Shown piece after piece: positions 48,627 to 62,191 of a stretch of DNA of 64,000 nucleotides. Positions within the stretch are counted from its first letter, which is position 1. Each line of letters starts with the position of its first letter. The stretch is from Neoechinorhynchus agilis (taxonomy: Eukaryota > Animalia > Acanthocephala): NCBI GenBank assembly GCA_051530055.1, contig CM121343.1:7752152-7816151 (forward strand), read 5' to 3'. Under the pieces are notes generated by a model that was not told the DNA's origin, did not search any database, and saw nothing but the letters and a program-made list of their open reading frames with translations. Position numbers and translations under genes: made by a program.

Positions 48627-49016
48627 TCACTCAAGTAACCTTTGGCGCTTACATCCATTCGGGAAACATCCAGAGGACGTCGTACAGGGCTCGTCGTGGC
48701 CTGTTAAAGTTTGTTCGGGCTTTCGTATTATGAACACGGCCTGATGGATGACGGAGTCATCGTCGATGTCGAGTACAATGAGGCCCTTTTTGCTGTGGAA
48801 TCTTATAATTCCTTTCATCACTTTCACATCTTCCCAATCTTCAAGCATCGCTTCAGTTTGCGTTGACTTACTCTAATATCTGGAAGAAATGATTTTTAGA
48901 TTCTGCTTATTTTCCAATACCTTTTTTTCACTGATTTGCAATGATGAAGCGTCGGTTTTGGAGTCGTCCGTCACTGTTTTATCACTTTTACTCCTTAGTC
49001 TTTTTCTATAGCTCAT
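48627..49016 (-). CDS. Two-exon 113-aa orphan with a basic N-terminus and a KSTQT motif
   Basis: Exons 49016-48921 and 48872-48627, joined in frame by a 48-bp GT-AG intron: MSYRKRLRSK...KSKSTQTEAMLEDW... Confidence 0.55.
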
Positions 49017-49639
49017 CTAGAGAATTGGTTAGCTTGTATTGTAAAAGCACAAAAGTATTAATCTTGCAAGCGTTTCCAGGGGATACACAAGTAATCCACG
49101 AAGGAAAATGATTACTCGCTCATTTTGGCTTGTTTACGAATCTGAGAGTAATGATAAAGTAAAACAAGAGACAAAGGTAACGTGACCATTGGTAAACAAA
49201 TTAAAAGCATGAGATTGAAGGTAGTTCGAAAAAACTCAATCAATGCGAACTTGAGAAAACCGGCACATGGCATCATAAATTTTATTAGTGCGCTGCCTGA
49301 AATTTTTTTGCGAATTTTACATTCTTTCGTGAAAGTATATTTCGATAATGACTCCAATCGATGGAGCGTGGAATTTTTACTACCAAGGTTGTGCCCGAGC
49401 CCCAGGTCGGTGTAGAAAAGGAATAGCAAGCTGTAATTGGATGCACTTATTGATTTTGGATGCTTTATTCAACTTTTATACACGCTTCCAATAACGATGG
49501 ACATTATGACGAACACTCGTGTATCATCATGCTTGAAGCGATAAATCTACATTATCAATATTGCAGCCATGTATTTATCATCACATAGCCTCACACTGTT
49601 TTTAGTTCCCATACACTCAGGGCCTTAGGACATCTTCTT

Positions 49640-51860
49640 TTGAGCCTTTCGGCTACTTATCTTTTGGGAGCCTCTTGGCTAACTCACACACATCGGAGGC
49701 GCTCAACCCCATTCAAGGGACAGGATCAACCCTCTTTTGGGGCCGATGGGCGATCTCAAACCTGACCCCAACCCTTCCAGCAGCCTCGCACAACACCCGT
49801 GGAACCCAGCGACCAATCGAGCGCATTTTGAACGCGCACACCACTCGGCCTGCGGCCATGTAACGCACATTAATGTTGAACGTTTAAGTTGTTTTCCATT
49901 TTCGTTTTTTAGTTAAAAAAAGCCTTACAACAGGAATCGCGAGAAATGGTATCATCATAGGACTCAGTGTCCAGCACGAAATGCGGTCTGTCATTATTGC
50001 AATAGGAACGGTCATTTTCAAGCTGTATGCGAGGTAAAGCTGCGAAGTAAAGGAAAACCCATAGTGTCGACCATCACCTCAAGTGCTATAAAAGGATATG
50101 ATTCTGAACTCAAGGACTCAATCGTAGATATAGAACTCGAAGGGTATGCATCGAAGGCACTCGTAGACAGCGGAAGCACAACCAACTTCATTGATTCTGA
50201 TTTAGGACGGCAGATCAACGCAAAGACAGAAACATGTTCAAAAAAAGTTGTAATGGCAGACATCGATAGAATAATGGATAGTTCATCTCGCTGTAATCTT
50301 AATATCATCATAAACGGGCAAACATATGCGAACATAGAATTCAACGAGTTATCCAGGTTGTGTTGTCCGATCATTCTTGTTTGGACCTTTTTAAGGAAAC
50401 ATTCGAAAGTATCATTCCGATTGGGAAGACAAACAAAGAAGATCGAATTTACAAATGCGGAACATGGAAGCCATTGACAACGCCAACTAGACGACAGCCC
50501 CTTCACATACGAATATTTGTTGACTGTGAGTTAAAGCGGATGCTAGAGGACGAAATCATTGAAAATGGTCGCTCACCTTGGAGAGCGCAAGTGCTTACTA
50601 TTGAAAAGGAAGGTAAAAGACGACTCGTCATTGATTACTCAAAAGCTGCTAACCGTTATACGACGCTGGACGTTTATCCGCCGCCGAGGATAGGTGATCT
50701 CATTGATCAGATACCAAAGTTTACAGTTTTTTCCAAGATTGACTTAAAGTCAGCCTACCACCAACTGGGAATTCTGAAGAAAGGAAAATGCTTTACAGCT
50801 TTCGAGGCTAATGGTAGATTGTACCAATTTCGATGGATTCCCTTCGGTATTACTAAATGGGGTAGCTAGCTGTCTTTCAACGTGCAATCGATGATATTAT
50901 CCAGAAAGAAAACCTCCTCGGGACTTATTTGGACGATGTTATCATCGGAGGAATCAATCAAGTCGATTACGATGAAAAACTCACCAAATTCTAGACCGTA
51001 GCTCAAAAGTTGCGAATTGCACTGAACAAGGGTAAGAGTGTTTATGGAATTTGCAAGATACGCATTTTGGGCCATGAAATCGAGAACGGACAAAAACGTC
51101 CCGATCCGGAAAGAGTGACGGTTCTGCAAGATCGTAAAGGGTCACAGAATGCGTATGAGTTAAGGTGAATCGTTGGATTATTTTCCCACTACGCGAAATG
51201 GATCAAGAACTTTTCTGCTCAGATGCAACCCCTCGTTAGGGTGGAAACCTTTCCAACCGAAGAAATTCAAGTGAAGTCATTTGACGCGCTGTGCACTTAT
51301 ATTATAAAGTCCACGTTAACGACTATAGATTTTTTAGAGACGTTCACCGTCGAAACTGATGCTTCGGAATCGGCCATCTATGCAGTTTTGAGTCAAGATG
51401 GATGCCCGGTAGCATTTTTGTCTCGATCTCTAAACAAAAGTGAGTCCAATCAATCATCGGTTGAAAAAGAAGCTTTGGCTATTGTCCAATCACTCAAATT
51501 TTGGCGTCATTATTTATCAGGACGAGTATTCACAATAATCACAGATCAATGTTCAATCTCATTCGTATTCGATTGCCAGCATTGTAGCAAAATAAAGAGC
51601 GAAAAGGTTATCGAGATATGTACGTGCTTCAGGAAAGCTTTATGTCATCCGGGAATAACTCCACTTTATCGATACGTGCAAGATCACAGTCTGCCATACT
51701 CCGTCGAAGATGTACTTTCGATTGTGACGAAATGTGAAATTTGCTCACAACTGAAGCCGACCTTTTTCTAGAGCAATGTTGGCCCTCTGGTTCAAGCAAG
51801 GCGACCTTTCGAGCGCATTTCGATAGACTTTAAGGGTCCTGTGCCTATGCGAATCGGGGC
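49640..51860 (+). mobile_element. Ty3/gypsy LTR retrotransposon, decayed, truncated in the integrase core
   Basis: Protease ALVDSGST, RT RLVIDYS...KIDLKSAYHQ...IPFG, RNase H TVETDAS...EKEALAI, integrase HPG...CEIC...ISIDFKGP. Confidence 0.9.
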
Positions 51861-51899
51861 CAATGTGGACGCTTGTAGTATTTTTATTGAACATTCACA

Positions 51900-52430
51900 C
51901 ACGCTTTACTAAATGTTAAGATCGACAAAACCGCAAAAACAGTCAATGCAGGTTAGATCAGCTTTAAAATTAGATCTAGAAAAGTTAATTTGATCTGAAA
52001 TTTATTGACGTTTTGATATCTTTAATCAAGGTTATTGATCTCAAAATTGAACAACGAATAACTCAAGAACGGTGGCAGCTATCGACAATATGAAAACAGG
52101 TTTGTAATCAGCGCGTCAAGACAAACTATTTGATCATAATCCATAAACGACAGCTATATCATTAATGTCAGAAAACCGCATTGTTATATTTCGTCGCAAG
52201 TCATAACAGTAAAAGATCACTAAATTTGCAAGATATACTAAAATTGGATAATACCATTGAAATCAGCGCATCAGGTATGCTCAAAATATTTTATAAAATC
52301 TAACCCGCGTCTTCGCACTACGGATTAAATTCAGGTGTCTTTTAAGAACATCAACCTTACAAACCAAATGTTAAGATTGACAAAAACATTAAACGCAGGT
52401 GAAATAAGCTATAAATGCAGATCTAGAAAA
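51900..52430 (+). repeat. Divergent edge monomer(s) of the 454-bp satellite (same subtype as 4266-5695)
   Basis: Carries the ataaacgacagctatat segment found in the 4.3-5.7 kb copies but absent from the main array. Junction near 52430 with a short agatctagaaaa duplication. Confidence 0.8.
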
Positions 52431-55400
52431 AGTAGATCTAGAAAAGTTAATTTAATCTTAAAATGTAACAACAAATAACGCAAGAACCATGATAGCTATC
52501 GCAAATCCGAAAACAGATTTGGAATCAGCGCGTTAAGATGTACTAAATTAGCTGATTCCGTACACTACAGCTGTAATATTCGCATCGGAAATCGCATTAT
52601 CATATTTTGCCAATATTCACAGGAGGGAAACATCACTAAATTTGCAACAATCATTAAAATCAGATAATACCATTGAAATCAGCGCATCAGATATGCTCAA
52701 AATGTTTTTTCATTTCGTAACAAGTTTCGAGCACCACAGATTTAATTCAGGTGTCTTTTATCAACTTCAATCCTTAAACAAAGTTTCAAAACTTAACAAG
52801 TTACATCAAACCGTAACTGCAGGTGAATTCAGCGTCCAAGGTAGATCTAGAAAAGTTAATTTGATCTTAAATTGATTGATGTTTTAATATCAATAATCAA
52901 GGTAGTTGGTCCCAAAATGTAACAACAAATAACTCAAGAACCATGATAGCTATCGCAAATGCGAAAACAGATTTGGAATCAGCGCGTTAAGATGTACTAA
53001 ATTAGCTGACTCCGTACACTACAGCTGCAATATTCGCATCGGAAATCGCATTGTCATATTTTGCCAATATTCATAAGAGTGAAAGATCACTAAGTTTGCC
53101 AGACTCGTTAAAATCAGATAACACCATTGAAATCAGCGCATTAGATATGCTCAAAATGTTTTTTCATTTCGTAACAACTTTCGAGCACCACAGATTTAAT
53201 TCAGGTGTCTTTTATCAACTTCAATCCCAAAACTAAGTATCAAAATTTTACAAGCAACATCAAACCATTATTGCAGGTGAATTCAGCGTCAAAAGTAGAT
53301 CTAGAAAAGTTAATTTGATCTTAAATTGATTGATGTTTTAATGTCAATAATCAATGTAGTTGGTCTCAAAATGTAACAACAAATAACTCAAGATCCATGA
53401 TAGCTATCGAAAATCCGAAAACAGATTTGGAATCAGCGCGTTAAGATGTACTAAATTAGCTGATTCCCTGCACTACAACCGTAATATTCGCATCGGAAAT
53501 CGCATTATCATATTTTGCCAATATTCACAAGATGGAAAAATAACTAAATTTTCAAGAATCATTAAAATCAGATAACACCATTGAAATCAGCGCATTAGAT
53601 ATGCTCAAAATGTTTTACTATTTCGTAACAACTTTCGAGCAGAACAGATTTAACTGAGGTGTCTTTTATGAACCTCAATCCTAAAACTAAGTGTCAAAAT
53701 TTAACAAGCAACATCAAACCGTTATTGCAGGTTAATTCAGCGTCAAAAGTAGATCTAGAAAAGTTAATTTTATCTTAAATTGATTGATGTTTTAATATCA
53801 ATAATCAAGGTAGTTGGTCTCAAAATGTAACAACAAATAACTCAAGAACCATGATAGCTATCGCAAATCCGAAAACAGATTTGGAATCAGCGCGTTAAGA
53901 TGTACTAAACTAGCAGATTCCATACACTACAGCCGTAATATTCGCATCGGAAATCGCATTATCATATTTTGCCAATATTATCAAGAGGGAAAAATCACTA
54001 AATTTGCATGAATCATTAAAATCAGATAACACCATTGAAATCAGCGCATTAGATATGCTCAAAATGTTTTTGTATTTCGTAACAACTTTCGAGCAGAACA
54101 GATTAAACTGAGGTGTCTTTTATGAACTTATATCCTAAAACTAAGTGTCGAAATTTAACAAGCAACATCAAACCGCTATTGCAAGTGAATTCAGCGCCAA
54201 AAGTAGATCTAGAAAAGTTAATTTGATCTTAAATTGATTGATGTTTTAATATCAATAATCAAGGTAGTTGGTCTCAAAATGTAACAATAAATCACTCAAG
54301 AACCATGATAGCTATCGAGAATCCGAAAACAGATTTGGAATCAGCGCGTTAAGATGTACTAAATTAGCTGATAGCGTACACTACAGCCTTAATATTCGCA
54401 TTGGAAATCGCATTATCATATTTTGCCAATATTCACATGAGGGAAAAATAACTAAATTTGCATGAATCATTAAAATCAGATAACACCATTAAAATCAGCG
54501 ATTTAGATATGCTCAAAATGTTTTACTATTTCGTAACTACTTTCGAGCACAACAGATTTAACTGAGGTGTCTTTTATGAACTTCAATCCTAAAACTAAGT
54601 GTCGAAATTTAACAAGTAACATCAAACCGTTATTGCAGGTGAATTCAGCGTCAAAAGTAGATCTAGAAAAGTTAATTTGATCTTAAATTGATTGATGTTT
54701 TAATATCAATAATCAATGTAGTTGGTCTCAAAATGTAACAATAAATAACTCAAGAACCATGATAGCTATCGAGAATCCGAAAACAGATATGGAATCAGCG
54801 CTTTAAGGTGTACTTCATCAGCTGATTCCGTACACTACAGCCGTAATATTCGCATCGGAAATCGCATTATCATATTTTGCCAATATTCACATGAGGGAAA
54901 AATAACTAAATTTGCATGAATCATTAAAATCAGATAACACCATTAAAATCAGCGATTTAGATATGCTCAAAATGTTTTACTATTTCGTAACTACTTTCGA
55001 GCACAACAGATTAAACTTAGGTGTCTTTTATGAACTTCAATCCTAAAACTAAGTGTCGAAATTTAACAAGCAACATCAAACCGCTATTGCAAGTGAATTC
55101 AGCGTCAAAAGTAGATCTAGAAAAGTTAATTTGATCTTAAATTGATTGACGTTTTAATATCAATAATCAAGGTAGTTGTTCTCAAAATGTAACAATAAAT
55201 AACTAAAGAACCATGATAGCTATCGAGAATCCGAAAACAGATTTGGAATCAGCGCGTTAAGATGTACTTCATTAGCTGATTCCTTACACTACAGCCGTAA
55301 TATTCGCATTGGAAATCGCATTATCATATTTTGCCAAAATTCACAAGAGGGAAAAATCACTAAATTTGCATGAATCATTAAAATCAGATAACACCATGAA

Positions 55401-58400
55401 AATCAGCGATTTTGATATGCTCAAAATGTTTTACTATTTCGTAACTACTTTCGAGCACAACAGATTTAACTTAGGTGTCTTTTATGAACTTCAATCCTAA
55501 AACTAAGTGTCGAAATTTAACAAGCAACATCAAACCGTTATTGCAGGTGAATTCAGCGTCAAAAGTAGATCTAGAATAGTTAATTTGATCTTAAATTGAT
55601 TGATGTTTTAATATCAATAATCAAGGTAGCTGGTCTCAAAATGTAACAACAAATGACTCAAGAACCATGATAGCTATCGAAAATCCGAAAACAGATTTTG
55701 AATCAGCGCTTTAAGATGTACTAAATTAGCTGATTTCGTACACTACAGCCGTAATATTCGCATCGAAAATCGCATTATCATATTTTGCCAATATTCACAA
55801 GAAGGAAACATCACTAAATTTGCAAGAATCATTTAAATTAGATAACACCATTGAAATCAGCGAATTAGATATCCTCAAAATGTTTTTGTATTTCGTAACA
55901 ACTTTCGAGCATAACAGATTTAACTGAGGTGTCTTTTATGAACTTCAATCCTAAAACTAAGTGTCAAAATTTAACAAGCAACATCAAACAGTTATAGCAG
56001 GTGAATTCAGCGTCAAAAGTAGATCTAGAAAAGTTAATTTGATCTTAAATTGATTGATGTTTTAATATCAATAATCAAGGTAGCTGGTCTCAAAATGTAA
56101 CAACAAATAACTCAAGAACCATGATAGCTATCGAGAATCCGAAAACAGATTTGGAATCAGCGCGTTAAGATGTATTAAAATCAGATAACACCATTGAAAT
56201 CAGCGCATTAGATATGTTCGAAATGTTTTTGTATTTCGTAACAACTTTCGAGCAGAACAGATTTAACTGAGGTGTCCTTTATGAACTTCAATCCTAAAAC
56301 TAAGTGTCGAAATTTAACAAGCAACATCAAACCGTTATTGCAGGTGAATTCAGCGTCAAAAGTAGATCTAGATAAGTTAATTTGATCTTAAATTGATTGA
56401 TGTTTTAATATCAATAATCAAGGTAGTTAGTCTCAAAATGTAACAACAAATAACTCAAGATCCATGATAGCTATCGCAAATCCGAAAACAGATTTGGAAT
56501 CAGCGCGTTAAGATATACTTCATTAGCTGACTCCGTACACTACAGCCGTAATATTCGCATTGGAAATCGCATTATCATATTTTGCCAATATTCACAAGAG
56601 GGAAAAATCACTAAATTTGCATGAATCATTAAAATCAGATAACACCATGAAAATCAGCGATTTAGATATGCTCAAAATGTTTTACTATTTCGTAACTACT
56701 TTCGAGCACAACAGATTTAACTAAGGGGCATTTTATGAACTTCAATCCTAAAACTAAGTGTCGAAATTTAACAAGCAACATCAAACCGTTATTTCAGGTG
56801 AATTCAGCTTCAAAAGTAGATTTAGAAAAGTTAATTATATCTTAAATTGATTGATTTTTTAATATCAATAATCAAGGTAGTTGGTCTCAAAATGTAACAA
56901 TAAATAACTCAAGAACCATGAAAGCTATCGAGAATCCGAAAACAGATTTGGAATCAGCGCGTTAAGATGTACTTAATTAGCTGATTCCGTACACTACAGC
57001 CGTAATATTCGCATTGGAAATCGCATTATCATATTTTGCCAATATTCACAAGAGGGAAAAATCACTAAATTTGCATGAATCATTTTAATCAGATAACACC
57101 ATTGAAATCAGCGATTTAGATATGCTCAAAATGTTTTACTATTTCGTAACTACTTTCGAGCACAACAGATTTAACTAAGGGGCATTTTATGAACTTCAAT
57201 CCAAAAACTAAGTGTCGAAATTTAACAAGCAACATCAAACCGTTATTGCAGGTGAATTCAGCGTCAAAAGTAGATCTAGAATAGTTAATTTGATCTTAAA
57301 TTGATTGATGTTTTAATATCAATAATCAAGGTAGTTGTTCTCAAAATGTAACAATAAATAACTCAAGAACCATGATAGCTATCGAGAATCCGAAAACAGA
57401 TTTGGAATCAGCGCGTTAAGATGTACTTCATTAGCTGATTCCGTACACTACAGCCGTAATATTCGCATTGGAAATCGCATTATCATATTTTGCAAATATT
57501 CACAAGAGGGAAAAATCACTAAATTTTCATGAATCATTAAAATGAGATAACACCATTAAAATCAGCGATTACGATATGCTCAAAATGTTTTACTATTTCG
57601 TAACTACTTTAAAGCACAACAGATTTAACTGAGGTGTCTTTTATGAACTCCAATCCTAAAACTAAGTGTCGAAATTTAACAAGCAACATCAAACCGTTAT
57701 TGCAGGTGAATTCAGCGTCAAAAGTAGATCTAGAAAAGTTCATTTGATCTTAAATTGATTGATGTTTTAATATCAATAATCAAGGTAGTTGGTCTAAAAA
57801 TGTAACAACAAATAACTCAAGAACCATGATAGCTATCAAGAATCCGAAAACAGATTTGGAATCAGCGCGTTAAGATGTACTAAATTAGCTGATTCCGTAC
57901 ACTACAGCCGTAATATTCGCATCGGAAATCGCATTATCATATTTTGCCAATATTCACAAGAGGGAAAATCACTAAATTTGCAAGAATCATTAAAATCAGA
58001 TAACACCATTGAAATCAGCGCATTAGATATGCTCCAAATGTTTTACTATTTCGTAACTACTTTCAAGCACAACAGATTTAACTTAGCTGTCTTTTATGAA
58101 CTTCAATCCAAAAACTAAGTGTCAAAATTTAACAAGCAACATCAAACCGTTATTGCAGGTGAATTCAGCGTCAAAAGTAGATCTAGAAAAGTTAATTATA
58201 TCTTAAATTGATTGATGTTTTCATATCAATAATCAAGGTAGTTGGTCTCAAAATGTTACAACAAATGACTCAAGAACCATGACAGCTATCGAGAATCCGA
58301 AAACAGATTTGGAATCAGCGCGTTAAGATGTACTAAATCAGCTGATTCCGTACACTACAGCCGTAATATTCGCATCGGAAATCGCATTATCATATTTTAC

Positions 58401-61400
58401 CAATATTCACAAGAACGAAAAATCACTAAATTTGCAAGAATCATTAAATACAGATAACACCATTGAAATCAGCGCATTAGATATGCTCAAAATGTTTTAC
58501 TATTTTGTAACCACTTTCGAGCACAAATGATTTAACTTAGGTGTCTTTTATGAACTCCAATCCTAAAACTAAGTGTCGAAATTGAACAAGCAACATCAAA
58601 CCGTTATTGCAGGTGAATTCAGCGTCAAAAGTAGATCTAGAAAAGTTAATTTTATCTTAAATTTATTGATGTTTTAATATCAATAATCAAGGTAGTTGGT
58701 CTCAAAATGTAACAATAAATAACTCAAGATCCATGATAGCTATCGCGTATCCGAAAACAGATTTCGAATCAGCACGTTAAGATGTACTTCATTAGCTGAT
58801 TCCGTACACTACAGCCGTAATATTCGCATCGGAAATCGCATTATCATATTTTGCCAATATTCACAAGAGGGAAAAATCACTAAATTTGCAAGAATCATTA
58901 AAATCAGATAACACCATTGAAATCAGCGAATTAGATATCCTCAAAATGTTTTTGTATTTCGTAACAACTTTCGAGCATAACAGATTTAACTGAGGTGTCT
59001 TTTATGAACTTCAATCCTAAAACTAAGTGTCAAAATTTAACAAGCAACATCAAACCGTTATTGCAGGTGAATTCAGCGTCAAAAGTAGATCTAGAAAAGT
59101 TAATTTGATCTTAAATTGATTGATGTTTTAATATCAATAATCAAGGTAGCTGGTCTCAAAATGTAACAACAAATAACTCAAGAACCATGATAGCTATCGA
59201 GAATCCGAAAACAGATTTGGAATCAGCGCGTTAAGATGTATTAAAATCAGATAACACCATTGAAATCAGCGCATTAGATATGTTCAAAATGTTTTTGTAT
59301 TTCGTAACAACTTTCGAGCAGAACAGATTTAACTGAGGTGTCTTTTATGAACTTCAATCCTAAAACTAAGTGTCGAAATTTAACAAGCAACATCAAACCG
59401 TTATTGCAGGTGAATTCAGCGTCAAAAGTAGATCTAGAAAAGTTCATTTGATCTTAAATTGATTGATGTTTTAATATCAATAATCAAGGTAGTTGGTCTC
59501 GAAATGTAACAACAAATAACTCAAGAACCATGAGAGCTATCGAAAATCCGAAAACAGATTTGTAATCAGCGCGCTAAGATGTACTAAATTAGCTGATTCC
59601 GTAAACTACAGCCGTAATATTCGCTTCGGAAATCGCATTATCATATTTTGCCAATATTCACAAGAGGGAAAAATCACAAAATTTGCAAGAATCATTAAAA
59701 TCAGATAACACCATTGAAATCAGCGAATTAGATATGCTCAAAATGTTTTTGTATTTCGTAACAACTTTCGAGCACCACAGATTTAACTGAGGTGCCTTTT
59801 ATGAACTTCAATCCTAAAACTAAGTGTCAAAATTTAACAAGCAACATCAAACCGTTATTGCACGTGAATTAAGCGTCAAAAGTAGATCTAGAAAAGTTAA
59901 TTTGATCTAAAATTGATTGATGTTTTAATATAAATAATCAAGGTAGTTGGTCTCAAAATGTAACAACAAATAACTCAAGAACGATGAGAGCTATCGAAAA
60001 TCCGAAAACAGATTTGTAATCAGCGCGTTAAGATGTACTAAATTAGCTGATTCCGTACACTAATGCCGTAATATTCGCATCGGAAATCGCATTATCATAT
60101 TTTGCCAATATTCACAAGAGGGAAAAATCACTAAATTTGCAAGAATCATTAAAAGCAGATAACACTATTAAAATCAGCGCATTAGATATGCTCAAAATGT
60201 TTTACCATTTCGTAACTACTTACGAGCACAACAGATTTAACTTAGGTGTCTTTTATGAACCTCAATCCTAAAACTAAGTGTCAAAATTTAACAAGCAACA
60301 TCAAACCGTTATTGCAGGTGAATTCAGCGTCAAAAGTAGATATAGAAAAGTTAATTTTATCTTGGAATTGATTGATGTTTTAATATCAATAATCAAGGTA
60401 GTTGGTCTCAAAATGTAACAACAACAAATCAAGATCCATGACAGCCATCGAGAATCCGAAAACAGATTTGGAATCAGCGCGTTAAGATGTACTAAATTAG
60501 CTGATTCCGTACACTACAACCGTAATATTCGCATCGGAAATCGCATTATCATATTTTGCCAATATTCACAAGAGGGAAAAATCACTAAATTTGCAAGAAT
60601 CATTAAAATCAGATAACACCATTGAAATCAGCGCATTAGATATGCTCAAAATGTTTTACTATTTCGTAACTACTTTCGAGCACAACAGATTTTACTTAGC
60701 TGTCTTTTATGAACTTCAATCCTAAAACTAAGTGTCAAAATTTAACAAGCAACATCAAACCGTTATTGCAGGTGAATTCAGCGTCAAAAGTAGATCTAGA
60801 AAAGTTAATTATATCTTAAATTGATTGATTTTTTAATATCAATAATCAAGGTAGTTGGTTTCAAAATGTAACAACAAATAACTCAAGAACCATGATAGCT
60901 ATCGAGAATCCAAAAACAGATTTGGAATCAGCGCGTTAAGATGTACTAAATTAGCTGATTCCGTACACTACAGCCGTAATATTCGCATCGGAAATCGCAT
61001 TATCATATTTTGCCAATATTCACAAGAGGAAAAAATCACTAAATTTGCAAGAATCATTAAAATCAGATAACACCATTGAAATCAGCGCATTAGATATGCT
61101 CAAAATGTTTTACTATTTCGTAACTACTTTCGAGCACAACAGATTTAACTTAGGTGTCTTTTATGAACTTCAATCCTAAAACTAAGTGTCGAAATTTAAC
61201 AAGTAACATCAAACCGTTATTGCAGGTGAATTCAGCGTCAAAAGTAGATCTAGAAAAGTTAATTTGATCTTAAATTGATTGATGTTTTAATATCAATAAT
61301 CAAGGTAGTTGGTCTCAAAATGTAACAATAAATAACTCAAGAACCATGATAGCTATCGAGAATCCGAAAACAGATTTGGAATCAGCGCGTTAAGATGTAC

Positions 61401-62191
61401 TTAATTAGCTGATTCCGTACACTACAGCCGTAATATTCGCATCGGAAATCGCATTATCATATTTTGCCAATATTCACAAGAGGGAAAAATCACTAAATTT
61501 GAATGAATCATTTAAATTAGATAACACCATTGAAATCAGCTCATTAGATATGCTCAAAATGTTTTTGTATTTAGTAACAACTTTCGAGCAGAACAGATTT
61601 AACTGAGGTGTCTTTTATGAACTTCAATCCTAAAACTAAGTGTCAAAATTTAACACGCAACATCAAATCGTTATTGCAGGTGAATTCAGCGCCAAAAGCA
61701 GGTCTAGAAAAGTTAATTTTATCTTAAATTGATTGATGTTTTAATATCAATAATCAAGGTAGTTGGTCTCAAAATGTAACAACAAATAACTCAAGAACCA
61801 TGATAGCTATCGAGAATCCGAAAACAGATTTGGAATCAGCGCTGTAAGATGTACTTCATTAGCTTATTCCGTACACTACAGCCGTAATATTCGCATCGGA
61901 AATTGCATTATCATATTTTGCCAATATTCACAAGAGGTAAAAATCGCTAAATTTGCAAGAATCATTAAAATAAGATAACACCATTGAAATCAGCGCATTA
62001 GATATGCTCAAATTGTTTTTGTATTTCGTAACAACTTTCGAGCAGAACAGATTTAACTGAGGTGTCTTTTATGAACTTCAATCCTAAAACTAAGTGTCAA
62101 AATTTAACAAGCAACATCAAACCGTTATTGCAAGTGAATTCAGCGTCAAAAGTAGATCTAGAAAAGTTATATTTATCTTAAATTGATTGAT
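52430..62191 (+). repeat. 454-bp AT-rich satellite array, about 22 monomers
   Basis: ggaatcagcg anchor at 52521, 52975, 53429...61832 with 454-bp spacing, except two 343-bp monomers and one 453-bp monomer. Confidence 0.97.

Noticed and set aside
52642-55500. Short ORFs in the satellite (e.g. 52642-52875, 53051-53236, 55309-55500)
   Set aside because: They are chance open frames in AT-rich repeats with non-ATG starts, and are broken in neighbouring monomers.
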